Below, one piece after another: positions 25,991 through 40,434 of a stretch of 64,000 nucleotides of DNA. Source of the DNA: Vermamoeba vermiformis (lineage: Eukaryota); contig JBEWZL010000278.1 of assembly GCA_045837725.1 (NCBI GenBank), positions 434,001-498,000 of the forward strand. The letters are read 5' to 3'. Below the pieces are notes generated by a model. The model saw nothing but the letters and a program-made list of their open reading frames with translations. It did no database searches and was not told where the DNA came from. The position numbers were made by a program, and so were the translations under genes. Positions within the stretch are counted from its first letter, which is position 1. The number at the start of each line of letters is the position of its first letter.

Positions 25991-28900
25991 ATGGCGGATC
26001 AGTGGGTGGCTAATATTAGAGTTGCGTCATTGCTTGGCCATGCTCGTCCTCTTAAAGGTACGGTCATTAAAAAATAAATTTAACGGTTACATCTAAACTC
26101 AAAACCACCATTTAGCGTGGAGAAAGCAATTAGTAAGACCTTGGGAATTATCTCGACGAGGTCAAGATGGATATCTGGGTCTTCTTGGTCAGCAAGGACG
26201 AACTGGTAAGCCAAACTTAAAATTATCGATTTCTTCCTCACCACAAATTTTGAAAATTATTATTTAGGCTACTACGGTGCAAATGGTTCGCATGGTATAG
26301 GCTATGGTGGTCATGGTTCTTCAGGGTAATTATAAAATTCAACAATTTCAAAAATTGCGAATTGGCCTTACTGATCGTACTTGGCGATATTTAGCCATCC
26401 AGGTGGTCACGGTGATCGAGGCTATGACGGAACTCTCGGCCAAGATGGACAAGATGCAGCGTAAGTAGGCCGTTGCTCATCTGAATTGAATCTGCTCGAG
26501 CTTTTGAACGTCATTTAATTCATTAAATCAACAGCGATATTCTATTAACTGTAATGTTAACGCCTAACAACGCCCCTGGTCAAATTCAAGAAGTCGATCT
26601 TGTCGCGCACGGCGAGGAAATCAAACGGTATGTAAAGCGGTCAAATTAGCTATTCTTGCGTCACTAACGCTCTATAAATAGACTCCGCCTCGACTTTACT
26701 TCAGACACTGATATGCTATTGACTTTAAATTCAGCCGGTACGTCTATTTGATGCAACTTTCTCGCGCGTGTAACTCACTTGTAACAGGCGGCAATGGTGC
26801 TCATGGAGGCCAAGGTGGTGTCGGTGGCATTGGAGGTCAAGGAGGCCGCGTAAGTATAACCTAGACTTGTTTACTGTTATTGACACGGGCTGCAGGGAGG
26901 AGACGGCGCTGCTGGTAAACCGGGAGGCAGCAGTAGATACGACTTGAACGGTGGACCTGGTGGCAACGGAGGCAACGGTGGTGCTGGAGGTCCTGGTGGA
27001 CGTGGTGGCGACGGTGGTAAGTGCGCATTGGATCTGATGTGTCCTCGTGTAAAGATGGTTAAAAGTGCGTGATAGGTCGCGGAGGCAATGGCGGCAATGG
27101 CGGCAAAATTGACGTGACGGTGACTGACCCGCGCATGCTCATGTTGTTCTACTTCAACATCGCTGCCGGTCTCGGTGGCTACGGTGGTCATCCAGGCCAC
27201 GGCGGTCCTGGTGGACGCGGAGGTCACGGTGGTCACGGTGGTCCTGGTGGCGCAGCTGGCAGCTACACCGAGTACTACACGACATACGACTCCAACGGCA
27301 ACTCTCAGACACAGTCGCGAACTATTTGGGGTTCGCCAGGTTCGCCTGGTCTGTCTGGCTATGACGGCCCTGATGGCCCTGTAAGTATTAAACCCTTATC
27401 TTCCTTTATCATAGCTAACACTCGTTTGTAGGATGGTCCACAGGGCACCAAAGGCTCTAACGGCAATGACGGCAAAGTCGGCAATTTGACCTTGCGAGTT
27501 GTCGCCCCCGATGTAAGTCTTGAATTTATGCGACTAGGATTGCATAATAATAATACGATGCACAGGGCCGAGTATTGCAACAAGCTCCGACGCGCTATGA
27601 TCTGCAAATTACGGATATTATTTTTGACGATGAAATGGCCGATGGTATCTTCGAGCCCAATGAACTGCTGATCATTAAGAAAGTCCGCTTAGCCAACGTC
27701 GGAAAATTAGATTGTCCCGCAGGCTCGACATTCTTTTTTGAGTCTACGGGTACAGTGACCTCAATGAAAGAAGTTGCAGCTGTGCCTGAAGTACCTGTCG
27801 GCCAAACCATTGAATTGCCCGTAGAGTTCAAAGCACGCATCAAAAACATTGCTGAACCAACTACTGCTGGTCCGCAGGGCTTTGAGGCCACAATTAAGAG
27901 TAACTCCGAGCTCATTGGGTACGTGCCTTACTGCTTCAATTCTTTGGTCGGATCTAACCTCTAAACGTGTTGTATAGACTTCAATTCCCGTTATCTGCCG
28001 CAGAATTCGCATTAAATGTGAAATGGCCGTTGCATATTGCCAGCGTTGGCGCTCCCACTCAAGTAAGCACGACATATTGTTAATGCGTACGTGTTCAGAT
28101 CTGCTTACTGACTTGCATTAGATGGCCAACAACGAGGAATCTGTCGTGCAAGTCACTATATTTAACTCATCTAAGCGCATGTACGGCGATGCAGCAGATC
28201 CAAGAACTGCAGGACAAATTGTCGTAGAATTCTACGAAGGTAAGTTCTGAGGGGACCACTAGTCTCGTAGTGAATATTTATGCAACAAAAATGCGCGATG
28301 AACACTGTTCGCTTCGTACAACCATCAATTCGAAACTTGCGGACCTTTGTTGAATCCGGATTTAAATTTGGATTTTGGTCAATGTGGGTTGCTAACTAGT
28401 CAGTTGCTTAGGTCTTACTCCCACCGATTACCCTACACGAACAGTAGTTCTCCCACTTCAGCCGATCATGCCTGGCGACAAGCTCGTGTACAACATCAAA
28501 GTGCGCGCAGGAATCTCACCGCACTTTTACCGCGTGCCGTTCCGTGTCTCGTTGCGATTGCGCGAGAGATTAATTGAGTTTACCGACAGAAATGTTAGAA
28601 TTACTCCTGACTGGTACGTGCTAACTTTTAAACCGCATCGTTTGGATCGGGTCACATCCGCAAGTTGGATCTAACTTGGTTCATCAATTTAATGGTTGTA
28701 CTATGTTGTCAACCCTTGCTAACGCCGCCTATTATGTAGGAATGAGTATATTGATGCTCCACGCGAAGGCATTACAATGTTTACGGGTCCTCATATTACC
28801 TTTGAAGAATACAACTCGTGGGTCAAGTTATTCCAACTGCTCAGCTTGCCGTTCACTATTTGGGACATTGAGCGATATGCGGTACGTAATAGCACATATC

Positions 28901-30573
28901 ATCATCGGTAATATGAGCGATGCTCTTAATTTGAATTACTTTGATCCGATCGGAAAGCACATCCGACGTTCGAGTTTCGGAACTCGAGATTTATATTTCC
29001 GAGCCAAACCATACTTGATGAGTAATACTAATATCGGTCATGCATAGGGTGTGTCATACAACGTTCTCAATGGTTCGTTGTATCCGCCAACAAGTACGTG
29101 GAAAGAGCTCAACAAAGACAGGATCTTGCTCTTCCCGTTGAGTTCGGATACTGAGAAATTAGCAATAGATTGGCGTGAAATTATTGAGTAAGTACCACAT
29201 TTAGTTAGCGAAGTCAAATATTGTTCCGAAATGGGAGACAATTTCAAATCCATAAGTTCGACTCTAATTTTGAAATCGTGCACTGATTTGGTTACATGGT
29301 AGTCATTTCAGAGTTGGACCCGAAGAAGATGATAACGGAGTGATTGTTTGCGGCGTAGGAGCATCATTAATTGCAAGCCAGCTCGTTACAAATGGTACGC
29401 GCCACATCCCTACAAAACAATTCTAAATCGGGCTTAACTTTTGCCAATCTTGAGTATAGGCGATGAAGTAGATAGTTCTGGTTTCAATTTTGGTGGCAAG
29501 CATCTCATTTTCAAACCGTCAGAAAAGGATGCGGACAAGAAGGCAAACGAAATCTTGAAAAAGCTACGAAACGATGACCCACTCTACTATTACGATATTC
29601 TATCGATCGACAAGGACCTCGAGAAGACGAAGGGCAAGCAGTGGTCGTACGGAGATCTCGTCATCAACCGAATCCCGTTCCAAAAGACGTGTCGCTTGAT
29701 CTTCGTCCCGAGCGAAGTCAGCAGAATAGGCACCGTTAATTACGACGACCCTAATGGCTTCCTGTTGGACAGCAATATCGCGCAGATGATCTTCGCGTTG
29801 GTTCACGCCATGCCGATAAGACACAAGCTGAAGTTGGCATCCGCAATGCAGAAGGACGTGCGAGTGTACAATCAGACTAAGGAGCCTATAGTACTCAATA
29901 TGTTCCATATATTGGGTCTAAGTAAGTACCATTTTAGCAGTTTTAGATAGTTTCGGAGCCGGATTGCGAGAGCTTAAAATAGCTGCTGTCGTTCTTTAAT
30001 GCTCGGCGATGTAAATAATGATACTCTATGATTCAATATATAATACAAACGATAGTATCTCGCGGAGGGCGATAAAATTTATATTAGAAGCTCACATCCT
30101 CCTAAAAAATTAATTAGAGATTTTCAGATCACATTTCAATACTGAAAATTGTAAGAAATATAGATTCTAATGTTGACACTATCATAGGCATCTATCGTGA
30201 CATTAAAGTCGACAAAATCCACGGAGTTCTTTCGCGACATCTGCGCGTGTTAGTGGCCTTCATCCAGAACTCGCCAACAACGATGCGCACACGAGGAGCT
30301 ACTATTGTCTCTCACTATGTTACTGATCGTGTGGGCTCGGGTATGGCTACGAAGCTCATAGGCACTAAGGACTCGAAAGAATTCAAAACTTTGGATAACG
30401 CGCTCGATGCGATCTGGAGCGACAACAAAAAGGAGTACCAAGAGCTAAAGAAGGAAATTAAGAAGGAGATTGAGCATATGATCAAGTTGCATAAGCGCAA
30501 AGAGCTGAAATTGTTCCCCGACAATGCCACTCCCAGATTTGTTTGGCCGTTACAAAAAGCATCCGGTAAATAA
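25991..30573 (+). CDS. Large uncharacterised protein with Gly-X-X (collagen-like/Gly-rich) repeats followed by beta-sandwich-like and C-terminal globular regions
   Basis: Many short exons encode G-X-X triplets (GKPGGS, GGPGGNGGNGGAGGPGGRGGDG, GHPGHGGPGGRGGHGG), followed by YDLQITDIIFDDEMADGIFEPNE...VRLANVG. Joining all exons into one gene is inferred. Confidence 0.65.
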
Positions 30574-30925
30574 GCTAAAAATTGTTTTTAATCACAAAAT
30601 GTATAAATTATAATTCTATTACGCACGGAGTGATGAGACCCGAGTACCATTTGCCGTATATTATTAATTTTGTGATCCAGAAAATTTGTGTAACAGAAGG
30701 TAGATCGAATCTTGATTCTCTTTTTGCAATTTTTCCTCGTTAACGCATCCATGGCAATCGAACAACAACGCAATTGTAAGGATATTAATCCGCTTCCTGC
30801 GCCTTGCTGAGATTATTTCCTAATTTAGAATTATCACGTAACATTTTTTTTCAGGATAATTACAGCGCAGCCAGTTCGTAACAATTTCTGCAAGTTAAAA
30901 CAACACGAGCCTGTATATATATATT

Positions 30926-33900
30926 ATGAAGCTCGCGCTAATTGCTCTCGTGGGCTTGCTGTGCTTGGCCTACATCCACGCACAAACGCCTGAAGCCCCC
31001 AAACTCTCAGACTTTCCCCAAATAAAGGATCTACCAAACTGCCTTGGTAGAAATAAAGTAGTCGGTAAGTAGTTAATAGTAAGCGAGCTGGAGTATTGAT
31101 TGCAATTATTTTTCCAATTTGGAATTATAAATTTTGAACTATGTAGTTCTCGGATGCAGTTCAAAATTTATGAATCTGATTCATTTTTCGGTGCATTACA
31201 ATAAGCTAACTGATCCCTTAGGCTACGAGTCCCGAAAGCCCATTCTTATCGCGTCCAATCCATGGAGTGGCTCAGCAATCAACGCACACATCGCTAAAAT
31301 CCTGTTAGAAGAGGTCGCAGGCATTCCTGCATCTATTATAGAGATTGACGAGTATTCCCAATGGGAGTTTATGGCTCAAGGTCAAATCCACGCCTGTTTA
31401 GAAGTTTGGTAAGTTCAACTTTGAATAATAGCTTGCATTAACTTGATCATTGTAAATCGCGTTTTATTGCATTATCGGCATTACAATATTCGTTGCAATA
31501 GCGTTAAATGCACATGGCACTCGTGAGAACACATTTCAGATGCGTTATGTGAACTTTTGCGAACATCTCTAATTAGAGCGAATCTTTCAATAGGCCCTCC
31601 GGACATCAAGCAGATAAAGACAAATATATTTTGGAGCAAAAGACGGTCACTTCTGCGGGTCCTCTTGGCGTTATTGGGCAGATCGGTAAGCAACGAAATT
31701 TTGGTTCAAAATATGATAATCAATCATTTATTCCCGCGGTTACCGTCATAAATTAAATAATATTATGCCGTTATGGTGGTTGCTTTTAAATTCTATAATT
31801 AAGAGAAAAAAGAAAATGGAAGAATTGAAAATTCGTGGAGTCGTTAAAAAATTTTATATGATTACCGCTATTTATAGTAACACTTTCATATAGGCTGGTA
31901 TGTTCCGCGCTACTCGGTAAAAAATGCGCCGTTAGTTGCGACGGGCAACATAGATGCCGCTACCGCCGCTTACTTCAACAATACATTCATACTCGGAGAC
32001 CCTACTTGGACTACATTCGATCAACAAATCATCGACGACAATGGCTGGGACCTTACGGTGAAGACTTTGGATGGAGAACAAAGTTTGATGGATTTGATCG
32101 CCCTCAAAAACGAAACTCAAAGCCCGCTTTTGTTCTACTTCTGGACTCCTCATGCAGTGCATAAACTATTCGATTTGGTTCGCGTGCAGCTGCCTAATAA
32201 TGGTACGAAATTGAGCTCCGAGGTTTAATCTCCAGTACAATATTTCTTTTTTCCATATTTGGACAAATGCTTAGAACGCATTCAAATTTAAATCCATTAA
32301 TTGGTTTATGATATATGATATTATAGAGCCTTTTCTAATCCCAGTTTTCTCTTTTCTAATTTTTTTGATGCAGATGCGTTTTATCCTCCTGAAATTTTGG
32401 GCAAAGTCGTTGCTAGCTCATTGCGCGAGTACAACAAAGAAGCCAATTTCTTCATTTCATCAATCAGCTATGACTCCGCCACTCAAATCTCCCTGTTAGC
32501 AGAGATTACTCGCGGAAAAGATGTTTTTAACGTCTCTTGCGATTGGATCCGCGCCAATGAAGCTGTTTGGTCCAACTGGATTCTCATTAGTAAGTACTAT
32601 ACAAAATTAGTTACCTTATCCAGTTTAACAGAGCTACGTTAATTAATCTGAAACTTTCGTACTGCGATCCAATTCAATCGCTAATTAATTTATTTTTAAT
32701 TAAAGCGCCGTTCGAGTCGATTGACTCCGGAGTAATTATTGCCGCTCATGTCATCGCCTTTTGCGGTATTGGCGTTGGTATCTTCTTTACCATCATGATG
32801 GTGCTTCGGTACGTACTACCTCATACAACAATTACAACTCAAAAATAAGCTCAAAATAATACGAAAATATTAGGAACATGTTATCGTTTATATTATTTGA
32901 TGACTCAGCTGTCATTTTTCAAATTATTCTTGGATGTGAGCTACCTAATTTTGAGTCCTCAGTACGTGCACTAACACTTTTGAACCAACAGCCGCAGCTC
33001 GCAATTGATTCGAGCCTCGAGTCCCAACTTCTTGCTGGTCATGCTCGGCGGCTGTTTCCTGCTCTACGCCTCAGTCGTGGCTTACAACTTCCTGTCACAG
33101 ATTTCGTGCTACATTTGGCTCTGGTTCTTCAACATTGGATTCGTCTTGTTGTTCGGGTACGTCACTATAATACCATTATAGATCGATATGCATAAGACCA
33201 CACAAACATTTATTACAAAACAGTAGATTTTTGAGACCGAATGGGATTATGTTCGTTAAGTGTCTCAGTACTAATCGCGTACTATTAACAACAGCACTCT
33301 GTTCGCGAAAACATTCCGCATCTATCGCATCTTCAGCAACAAGAAGTTAAAGCCTGTCAAGTTCACCGACAAAGACGTTGGCGTGGTGTTGGCTGTGCTG
33401 GTCGGCGTTGAAGCTGTAAGTCACCGCTCAGATAAGACCTAATACTATTATCATAATACAACATATGAATATTATATATACTTCGAAAGTCATTTTAAGG
33501 AAATTTTTTTTTTTGCCAGAGCCGATGTTTCAATGGTTTTTTCGAGCGATAGTTTTCTTCGAATGAATTCTCATGAATTATTTCCTAATTAGGGCCTGTT
33601 GATTACGATGAGCGTGTGGCAAGGACCGACTTACGGCCTGATCGTGTACGACACCGTGCAATACAACACGTGTCAGTTCAACTTCCCGATCGGCATTGCT
33701 CTCATCTTGTACAAGGTACGTTATTACTATATTTGGTAATACTATATATGGATATACTTATTCACGGTGATTAGGGCGTGTTGTTGGTGATGGGCGTTGT
33801 GATCTCGGTGTTGACACGTAAAGTCAGCATGTCAATGTACAACGAGTCCAAGTACATTGGTTTGGCTGTAAGTACTATATTCAGTCATATATATATATAT

Positions 33901-34782
33901 TATATGCCTTAATATCATACCATTCGATTTTCATTTGTTTCTGGTGCGGATCCAGATTTTTGACGTGAAGTTTTTTTCTCAACGGCGGATCTATCAATTA
34001 AATGATTTTGTGATTAGAAACTATATTCATATAGTCATTATGGTACTAATATAGCTCAATCCGACTACAGATCTACAACATGGGCCTGGCAGTAATTTTC
34101 ATCGTGGTGATGTTTTTGATCGACGCGTTGATAGCCAAATTCGTCATTCAACAGTTCGCAACGCTGTTCTTGACGACAACGACCATGTGCATATTCTTCG
34201 CGCCTAAAGTGAGAGTACTGCTCAAATACAACGATATGGAAATCATGCAAAAGTACACCGAAGAAAAAGCGAGATCTTGGCAGTCGAGATTGGGCAAACA
34301 AGCTGCGGGTAGTGGTAATACTCCTGAATATGCTAGTAACTCGAATAAGCCTTCTACTGGTCAAAAACCTTCCACTAATGGTAAGTAACGAATTTAAAAA
34401 AACTTCAGTTCTGGATCTCATCCAGCAAAATAATTCTTCGAAATCGTTCAGGCTTATTGCTTCAATCAAACTTACTGTATCTAAAGCTTGCTTGTGATGT
34501 ATTTTAAGTTAAGAGAGCCAGTATTAACGTTTCAATTTTTTAGACACAAGCGCATCCAATCCTTCGAGTTTGGTCGAAGAAAAGCCGATCGATTTCAAAG
34601 TGCATAGCGTGACCTCGCCTAGCATCAATACACCTATCCCCGCTACTGCTCTTGGCAAGTCAGCTAAGCCTGAAGAGTCTTCTGAGACTTCGAGCTCATC
34701 CGGCAACAAAATGGTGAAACACACTGAGCGCGAGGACGATTCTTCGAGTGAGAGCGACAACAGCACTTCAAGCTCATCTTAA
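30926..34782 (+). CDS. Class C (GABA-B-like) GPCR with an OpuAC/ProX glycine-betaine-binding-type ectodomain
   Basis: Signal peptide; NPWSGSAINAHIAKILLEE...GQIHACLEVWP...GWYVPRY...LLFYFWTPH...CDWIRANEAVWSNWI (OpuAC-like); 7tm_3 motifs ASSPNFLL, LFAKTFRIYRIF, NESKYIGLAIYN, FFAPK; Ser-rich tail. Confidence 0.85.
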
Positions 34783-34942
34783 ATTACTACATACATAGGA
34801 TTCATAATAATTGAATCAAAAGGAGAACATGTTTAACTTTTAAACCGATGTACGATTAGTAATAGTTATTTAACCTTGTAAAATAGAACTGCGAATTAGA
34901 AAATAAATAAATTAAATATTTACATTTTAAATTTACAGTTTT

Positions 34943-37802
34943 TTACACGAAGTAATCAACGACAGGAGTGCCGGGCAACAAACTCGTCAAATGCATGGCT
35001 CGTTTCTTCTTGCATCGATGAATTTTCAACATGCGCATGCAGCTCTTGTCAGTATTATATGGATGCATCAGTCCATCTTCAGTCATGTCGCAGTGATCGA
35101 GTGTCAAGTACATCAGTTGCGGGAGTTGTTCGTGAACGTAGACGAATATTTCACGGTCAAATTTGAAGCAGTGAATCACCGTGATTGATTTTAATAAGAG
35201 ATTAGAAGTTACTAGGGCCTTAAAATCTGAAAATACGAGGCATTAGTTTGTGCTGCAAAGAACTGTCTGGCAATGAGAATTTACCTTCGTAAGTGAATCC
35301 GTAACATTCTTCAAAATCAATCTTTTGCAATCGTTTGAGCGGCAATAACGAGCTTATTCGCAAATTGTTATTGTTGAAAAGCTTCAAGCTCTTCAAATGC
35401 GTGCAGTTCTCGGCGATTTGTTTCAAGACGTCATCGTCTTCAAAGTGAATACCTAAATAAGGCAATGATAAGACGATATGATCAATACGTTGTAGCCGAC
35501 GGTTTTACCTTTTAAAGAAAGTTTGGTTAAATTCTTGCAATTCTTAATGTTCTGCAGGATCGTCGAATAGATGGGTTCGCAAGAGAAGTTCATTTCAAGT
35601 TGAATTTTTTCCAGCGAAGTGTTCTGCGTAATGATTCGTTTAATGGCCTGCGGAGAAATAGAGCAAAATGATAGCGAGAATTCTTTGAGATTGGTTGTCT
35701 GAATGAACTCGAGATCTGGTGAGACAGTGGATCCGGCTGACAAATGCAGACTTTCTAAATTTAGTAATGACGGCATCAAACTATTCATCGAATTGTTGCG
35801 TAGTCCCCAACCAGCTTTGAATGTCAATAAGTCACGTGGAAACTTTGCAAAAATTTCACAAAGAATGTCCATCGCGATATGTTTGCAGCCACGAATGTCC
35901 AAGTGCTGCAAATATTTGCAATTCTTCCAAATTGATTCCAAAAATAGCGTCGTGATCAGGGTGTCGCGACAAGATAGCCTTTTTAGGTTCGTAAAATAAG
36001 TGATATCTTTGTCGGGAGATATTGTCGTGTAAGTGACCAATCGATTCATTTCCAGGGACTCCAATCTCGTCAAATATCTGAAAAGTGTCATAACGAGTGC
36101 TCTGTCGACTGTTGCAATGTCATTCATTGCCAAATAAGTCAAGTTTCGGATATTTCCTCGAAATAAAATATTATCGTCGTCTTCAGCGATGCGAGTGCCT
36201 GATACGTCCAAATATTCCAAATTAGTTAATTTTTGGTACTTTGGGAACTCGTTCAGTGAAATCTTGCTGCAGTTTCGCAAATCTAATTTTTCTAAATGTG
36301 CGCAAAGTCCAATATTTTCGATCGATTCCAAATTGCTGCTATTTCTTGCTGAAAATTTTCGCAAAGTTCCAGCGTTCCATAACCACGGAATTGCGCGCAG
36401 TAAAGTTCCAGTGTAATTGTCAAACTTGAATTCTTCCATAAAAGGAAAAACATTCTCTTTAGATCTGTCAACTTTTTCGAACTTGAGTTTGCAATTAGTA
36501 AAGTCGAGTGCTGTGAGATTGGTATATTGTAGCAGCATATCCGTATTGTGATTATTTCCAGCTGAGTTTGAAAAATCTAATCGCTCCAGATCCGCGCGCC
36601 AGATGCGCTGCAGGTCAATCGCATCCGTGAATCCTAACCGACAATATGCACTCTATTATCAAAAATTAATAAGTAGCCATAATATAGTATATAAGACGTA
36701 CTTTTGTTTGCAAATGAGGATAAATCTCTATTGGTGCGGATCGCGAAAAAAATGATTTTAAGACTGAGGATCTGCGCGATTCATCGAGCTTATCGATAAC
36801 ATCTAAATATACACATATTAATATATATTATAGTGATTTGATTTCGTAATCTTTTACTTACCGAGCATTACCTCAAAAGGTAATGTTACGAAATTCACCA
36901 AATTTAACAGTGGACTCATCCCAAAGTGCCTAAATTAATTAATTAGCGCATGAAATACTAAAAAATTAATAGAAAATAATAATGCAATATTTACTTCTCT
37001 ATTACGGCTAATAAATGAGTTTCGGAATCGACGCCGATCTGCTCCGCAGTCAAAAATTTCGCCGTCTCGTCTTCTGTGAGGTCTAGCTCATCGCAATTAA
37101 GGACCTATATTAATAATATTAGTATAGATTAATGACGGGTTTAAGCGACCTAATTTACCTGTGAGAAGTTCGCTTTCAAATACTCGTACAAAAAATTTAC
37201 TATCTTCGGCTCATAATGGACGCTATTGAAAATCGGAATCAATACGATGTATATATAATATAAAAAATACTATTAAAAATATTTAAGGAGTGGTAATTCT
37301 ACGGAAGTGCAGTTTTTTTGGGACTTACGTAAAATAATGCCATAATCGCACTACATTGGCTGGATTAACTATGGAAGGGACTGATATGGTGCATAAATGT
37401 GAAATTATTTCGGGAAAATTGTAATATAAGGCTGCCTGATGGACTCCAATTAATTTTTCGGCATCCAGATCTTGAAAATAATCCCTAAATTAATTGTATT
37501 AGATTTCGGAGGGTTCGTATAAATATACACATACCTAATAACATTGTCTCTTCCCATATCGCATATTTTTATAGCTTCGTAAAGCCACTGAAACTCCGAG
37601 GACGTCGCATCTAATCCGAAGATCAGTTGCAATGAAAAAATTACGCAAACAAACCTGATAAATTGACTTCTTGAATATTATGTTCCTTCCAAGGCTGGTT
37701 AAGGAGGCTATCGAAGTACCGCGAATGTTTCGTGATCAGATTTCGATCGACCGAAAATTCCGTGTCTTCAGCGCGTATGACGATGATATCTGACATTGCC
37801 AT
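34943..37802 (-). CDS. BTB/POZ(-BACK-like) + leucine-rich-repeat protein
   Basis: SDIIVIRAEDTEFSVDRNLITKHSRYFDSLL...WKE (BTB), FLTAEQIGVDSETHLLAVI (BACK-like), many LRRs (LEKLDLRNC, LEYLDVSGT, LQHLDIRGC). The exon linkage is inferred. Confidence 0.75.
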
Positions 37803-37967
37803 AATTAGCACGCCTATAGTCACGCCAAATAGGCAGATCTATTGTGTTATCTTCGGGATTGAAATGGAAATTGACTTGCCTTTTTTGTAATTTCGTTTTG
37901 CTCCAGCGAAAAACAAAGAAATTGGCCAGCATTTACATTAAGACTATGTAATGGAAGGTCATACATC

Positions 37968-40329
37968 ATGGAGAATATATCAGCGAGGTAAGTGCTCGTA
38001 GAATTTATTTAGATTTTGTAAGCGATTTTATGGCCACATCTGCATTTTGCAATGAACTTGTCGCAACTAAATCCAATAATAAGTGGAATATTAGACTCTA
38101 GATAATATTATAAAAATATTTTGCAAACGATATTCTTTTAACTAAGCTTTAACAGCAACCCAAATATTATCGAGGCTTCAGTATGGCTCTATTTGACCGA
38201 AAAAGGCCGAGAAAATAAGAAGAGGCCATTTAAATATTGGATGAATAATTCAGAGCTTTATTTCGAAGTCTCTTACGTGCATCCAACTCACGTCTTTGAT
38301 GTGCCAACTTTGCTTACGGATGCGTACACCTCTTTTCTTCAAAGCGTGCAAGTCGTAGCATATGACAACGAAAAGAAGCAAAACATGCCTACTCGATTTC
38401 CAGCGGAGTCTGTTTTTGTAAATCCGATCATCGACGACATCAACTTGATTACCTGGACCACAACTGGCTGGAAAATTCCATTTCGATGCACCATTTGTCT
38501 GCCAATAGACAAAGTTAAATACGTGCAGCTCTTCGTCAACGGTTGGGCTGTTGAATTTACTTTGTATGCCAAAGCCAGCTCAAAAAACAAACTCGACGCA
38601 GGAGCACCAAAATTATTTTCTATATTAGGTAAGTAGCTTGTAATGTACCGAAACGAACTCCTATAATATTTAATGAAATTCAATTTGTAGCGGGATCCGG
38701 ATTCTCAAGAATTTTTTTTGTAGGTAGAATGCAGCGAGGATTTTTGGGCGCATCAGAGTCTAGTACTACACACGATTTTACCAATATGGCAGCTAGAAAT
38801 ACTTTTGTAGCAGAGGATCCAGAAGGTAATTTTTCCGATCCATTCTCCGACATTTCATCACCCGATTACGTGCCAGACGATAGTTATTACCCTATTGGCC
38901 AATTCAACCCCGAGCACATCGACCAATTGGATCCAGCCGCGATCGACAGCCCCGACTTCTCGCACTCGACGAATGACAGCTTCGATACCATTATATCCAA
39001 TTACAATCCTACGGCCTTTGAAGAAGAAAAGCAACGGGCGAAAGAACACGCCAAAGCCAAGCGCTCGTCCCGTTTCAAGAAAGAGGTTGACAAAAAGAGT
39101 GACGTCGCAGCGTATACTGAACAAGACCGCCATCGAAAACGAAGGTTGGCCAGCAAAGATGAGAAAGAAATTTCGTCTGCAACAACGAAGAAGAAATCAA
39201 AACCGCAACCAAAGTTACTCACAGCGAAGAAGGAAGGCAACAATTTCACGCAATATATTCGTAAGTCACGTCCAGAAGGACCCTCGGATGCAAGTCTAAA
39301 CTTTTTTAATTTGCAGCCACGAGCGTGGTCACGAGCGGCATGCAACAAGTGTCATTGGATCCGAAAGTTGAGGCGACACCGCAATCAATGCCCACCGGTG
39401 CTCCAACCTTCAACGCATTGCACCAATATCACGACGTGGTTCCATCGAGTGTCAAGTACATGGGTGACTTGGCTGGCTCGGTTGTCACCAATGAAATTAT
39501 ACTACAACCAGATGTTGAAGCCGATGCGTTCATCGGCAGGGAAAAAGAACAAGAGGGTAAAGGATCTGTTGAAGACCTTAACGCCTCCGAGGATGAGGTA
39601 GTGCAACCCCTCAGGCGTCCGACTGATGCAGAGCCCGAGAGTCTCGCGGAGTCCCCTGCTGAACATCAGTCTCTTGCTAATTCAGCCAAGTATGAGGACT
39701 TGGAAGGAGAAAATGAAGAGGATGATTACGATGAAGATGACTCTTCTAGCGCCTCGTCAGACGATGAAGACGATGATGATGAGTCAGAAGATGAGCGTCG
39801 AAAGCCTGTCGTGTTCAAGCTTAGACCCGCCAAGTCGGTCATTGAACGCATTGCCGCGAGCACGGGCATGGACAAGAACGCGATGGACCAGGTCATCAAG
39901 ATGGAGTTGGGTAATGGCAAACCGAAGGAAAACATCGCATTCATCGATGAGCTGCACAAGGACCTGAAGATCAACGACTTGCCGCTCATGGCCTACAATC
40001 ACGTGCTCGTGTTCACGGACCAATACTCCGTGGCCGCGCAGCGCAAAGTCACCATCTTTGTCGACAAATCAAACAAGATGCGCGTGCACAAGAGCCCCAA
40101 GATCGAAGTCACGCACCAAAATTTGGAGTTCAATCTTTACCTCAAAAACTTTGGCAAGCCACTCGTGTCGCATGAGCAAGTCATGTGCGCGATGAGTGTT
40201 GACATTGAAGTGCAGGACCAAACTGGATTCGTTGCCATTGTGCCTGAACACGTGGGTCTCGTCATCTTCGTGCCGTTCGTTTTTAACAAAGGACTCAATG
40301 AGCAAGTCAAGAACCAACAAAAGAAGTAA
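37968..40329 (+). CDS. Uncharacterised protein with basic (NLS-like) and acidic tracts
   Basis: Four exons spliced by eye, starting MENISASNPNIIEASVWLYL. Contains RHRKRR and KKKSK, an acidic DDEDDDDE tract and a beta-rich C-terminal region. No family recognised. Confidence 0.65.
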
Positions 40330-40434
40330 CGCTTTGGTTAACAATTTGTATATACAAACCAGATTTGAAAACGAATCCGATCTGGTACAAACTAAAATTT
40401 AATTTATTGTTTTATACAAAAAGAGTTATATGCT

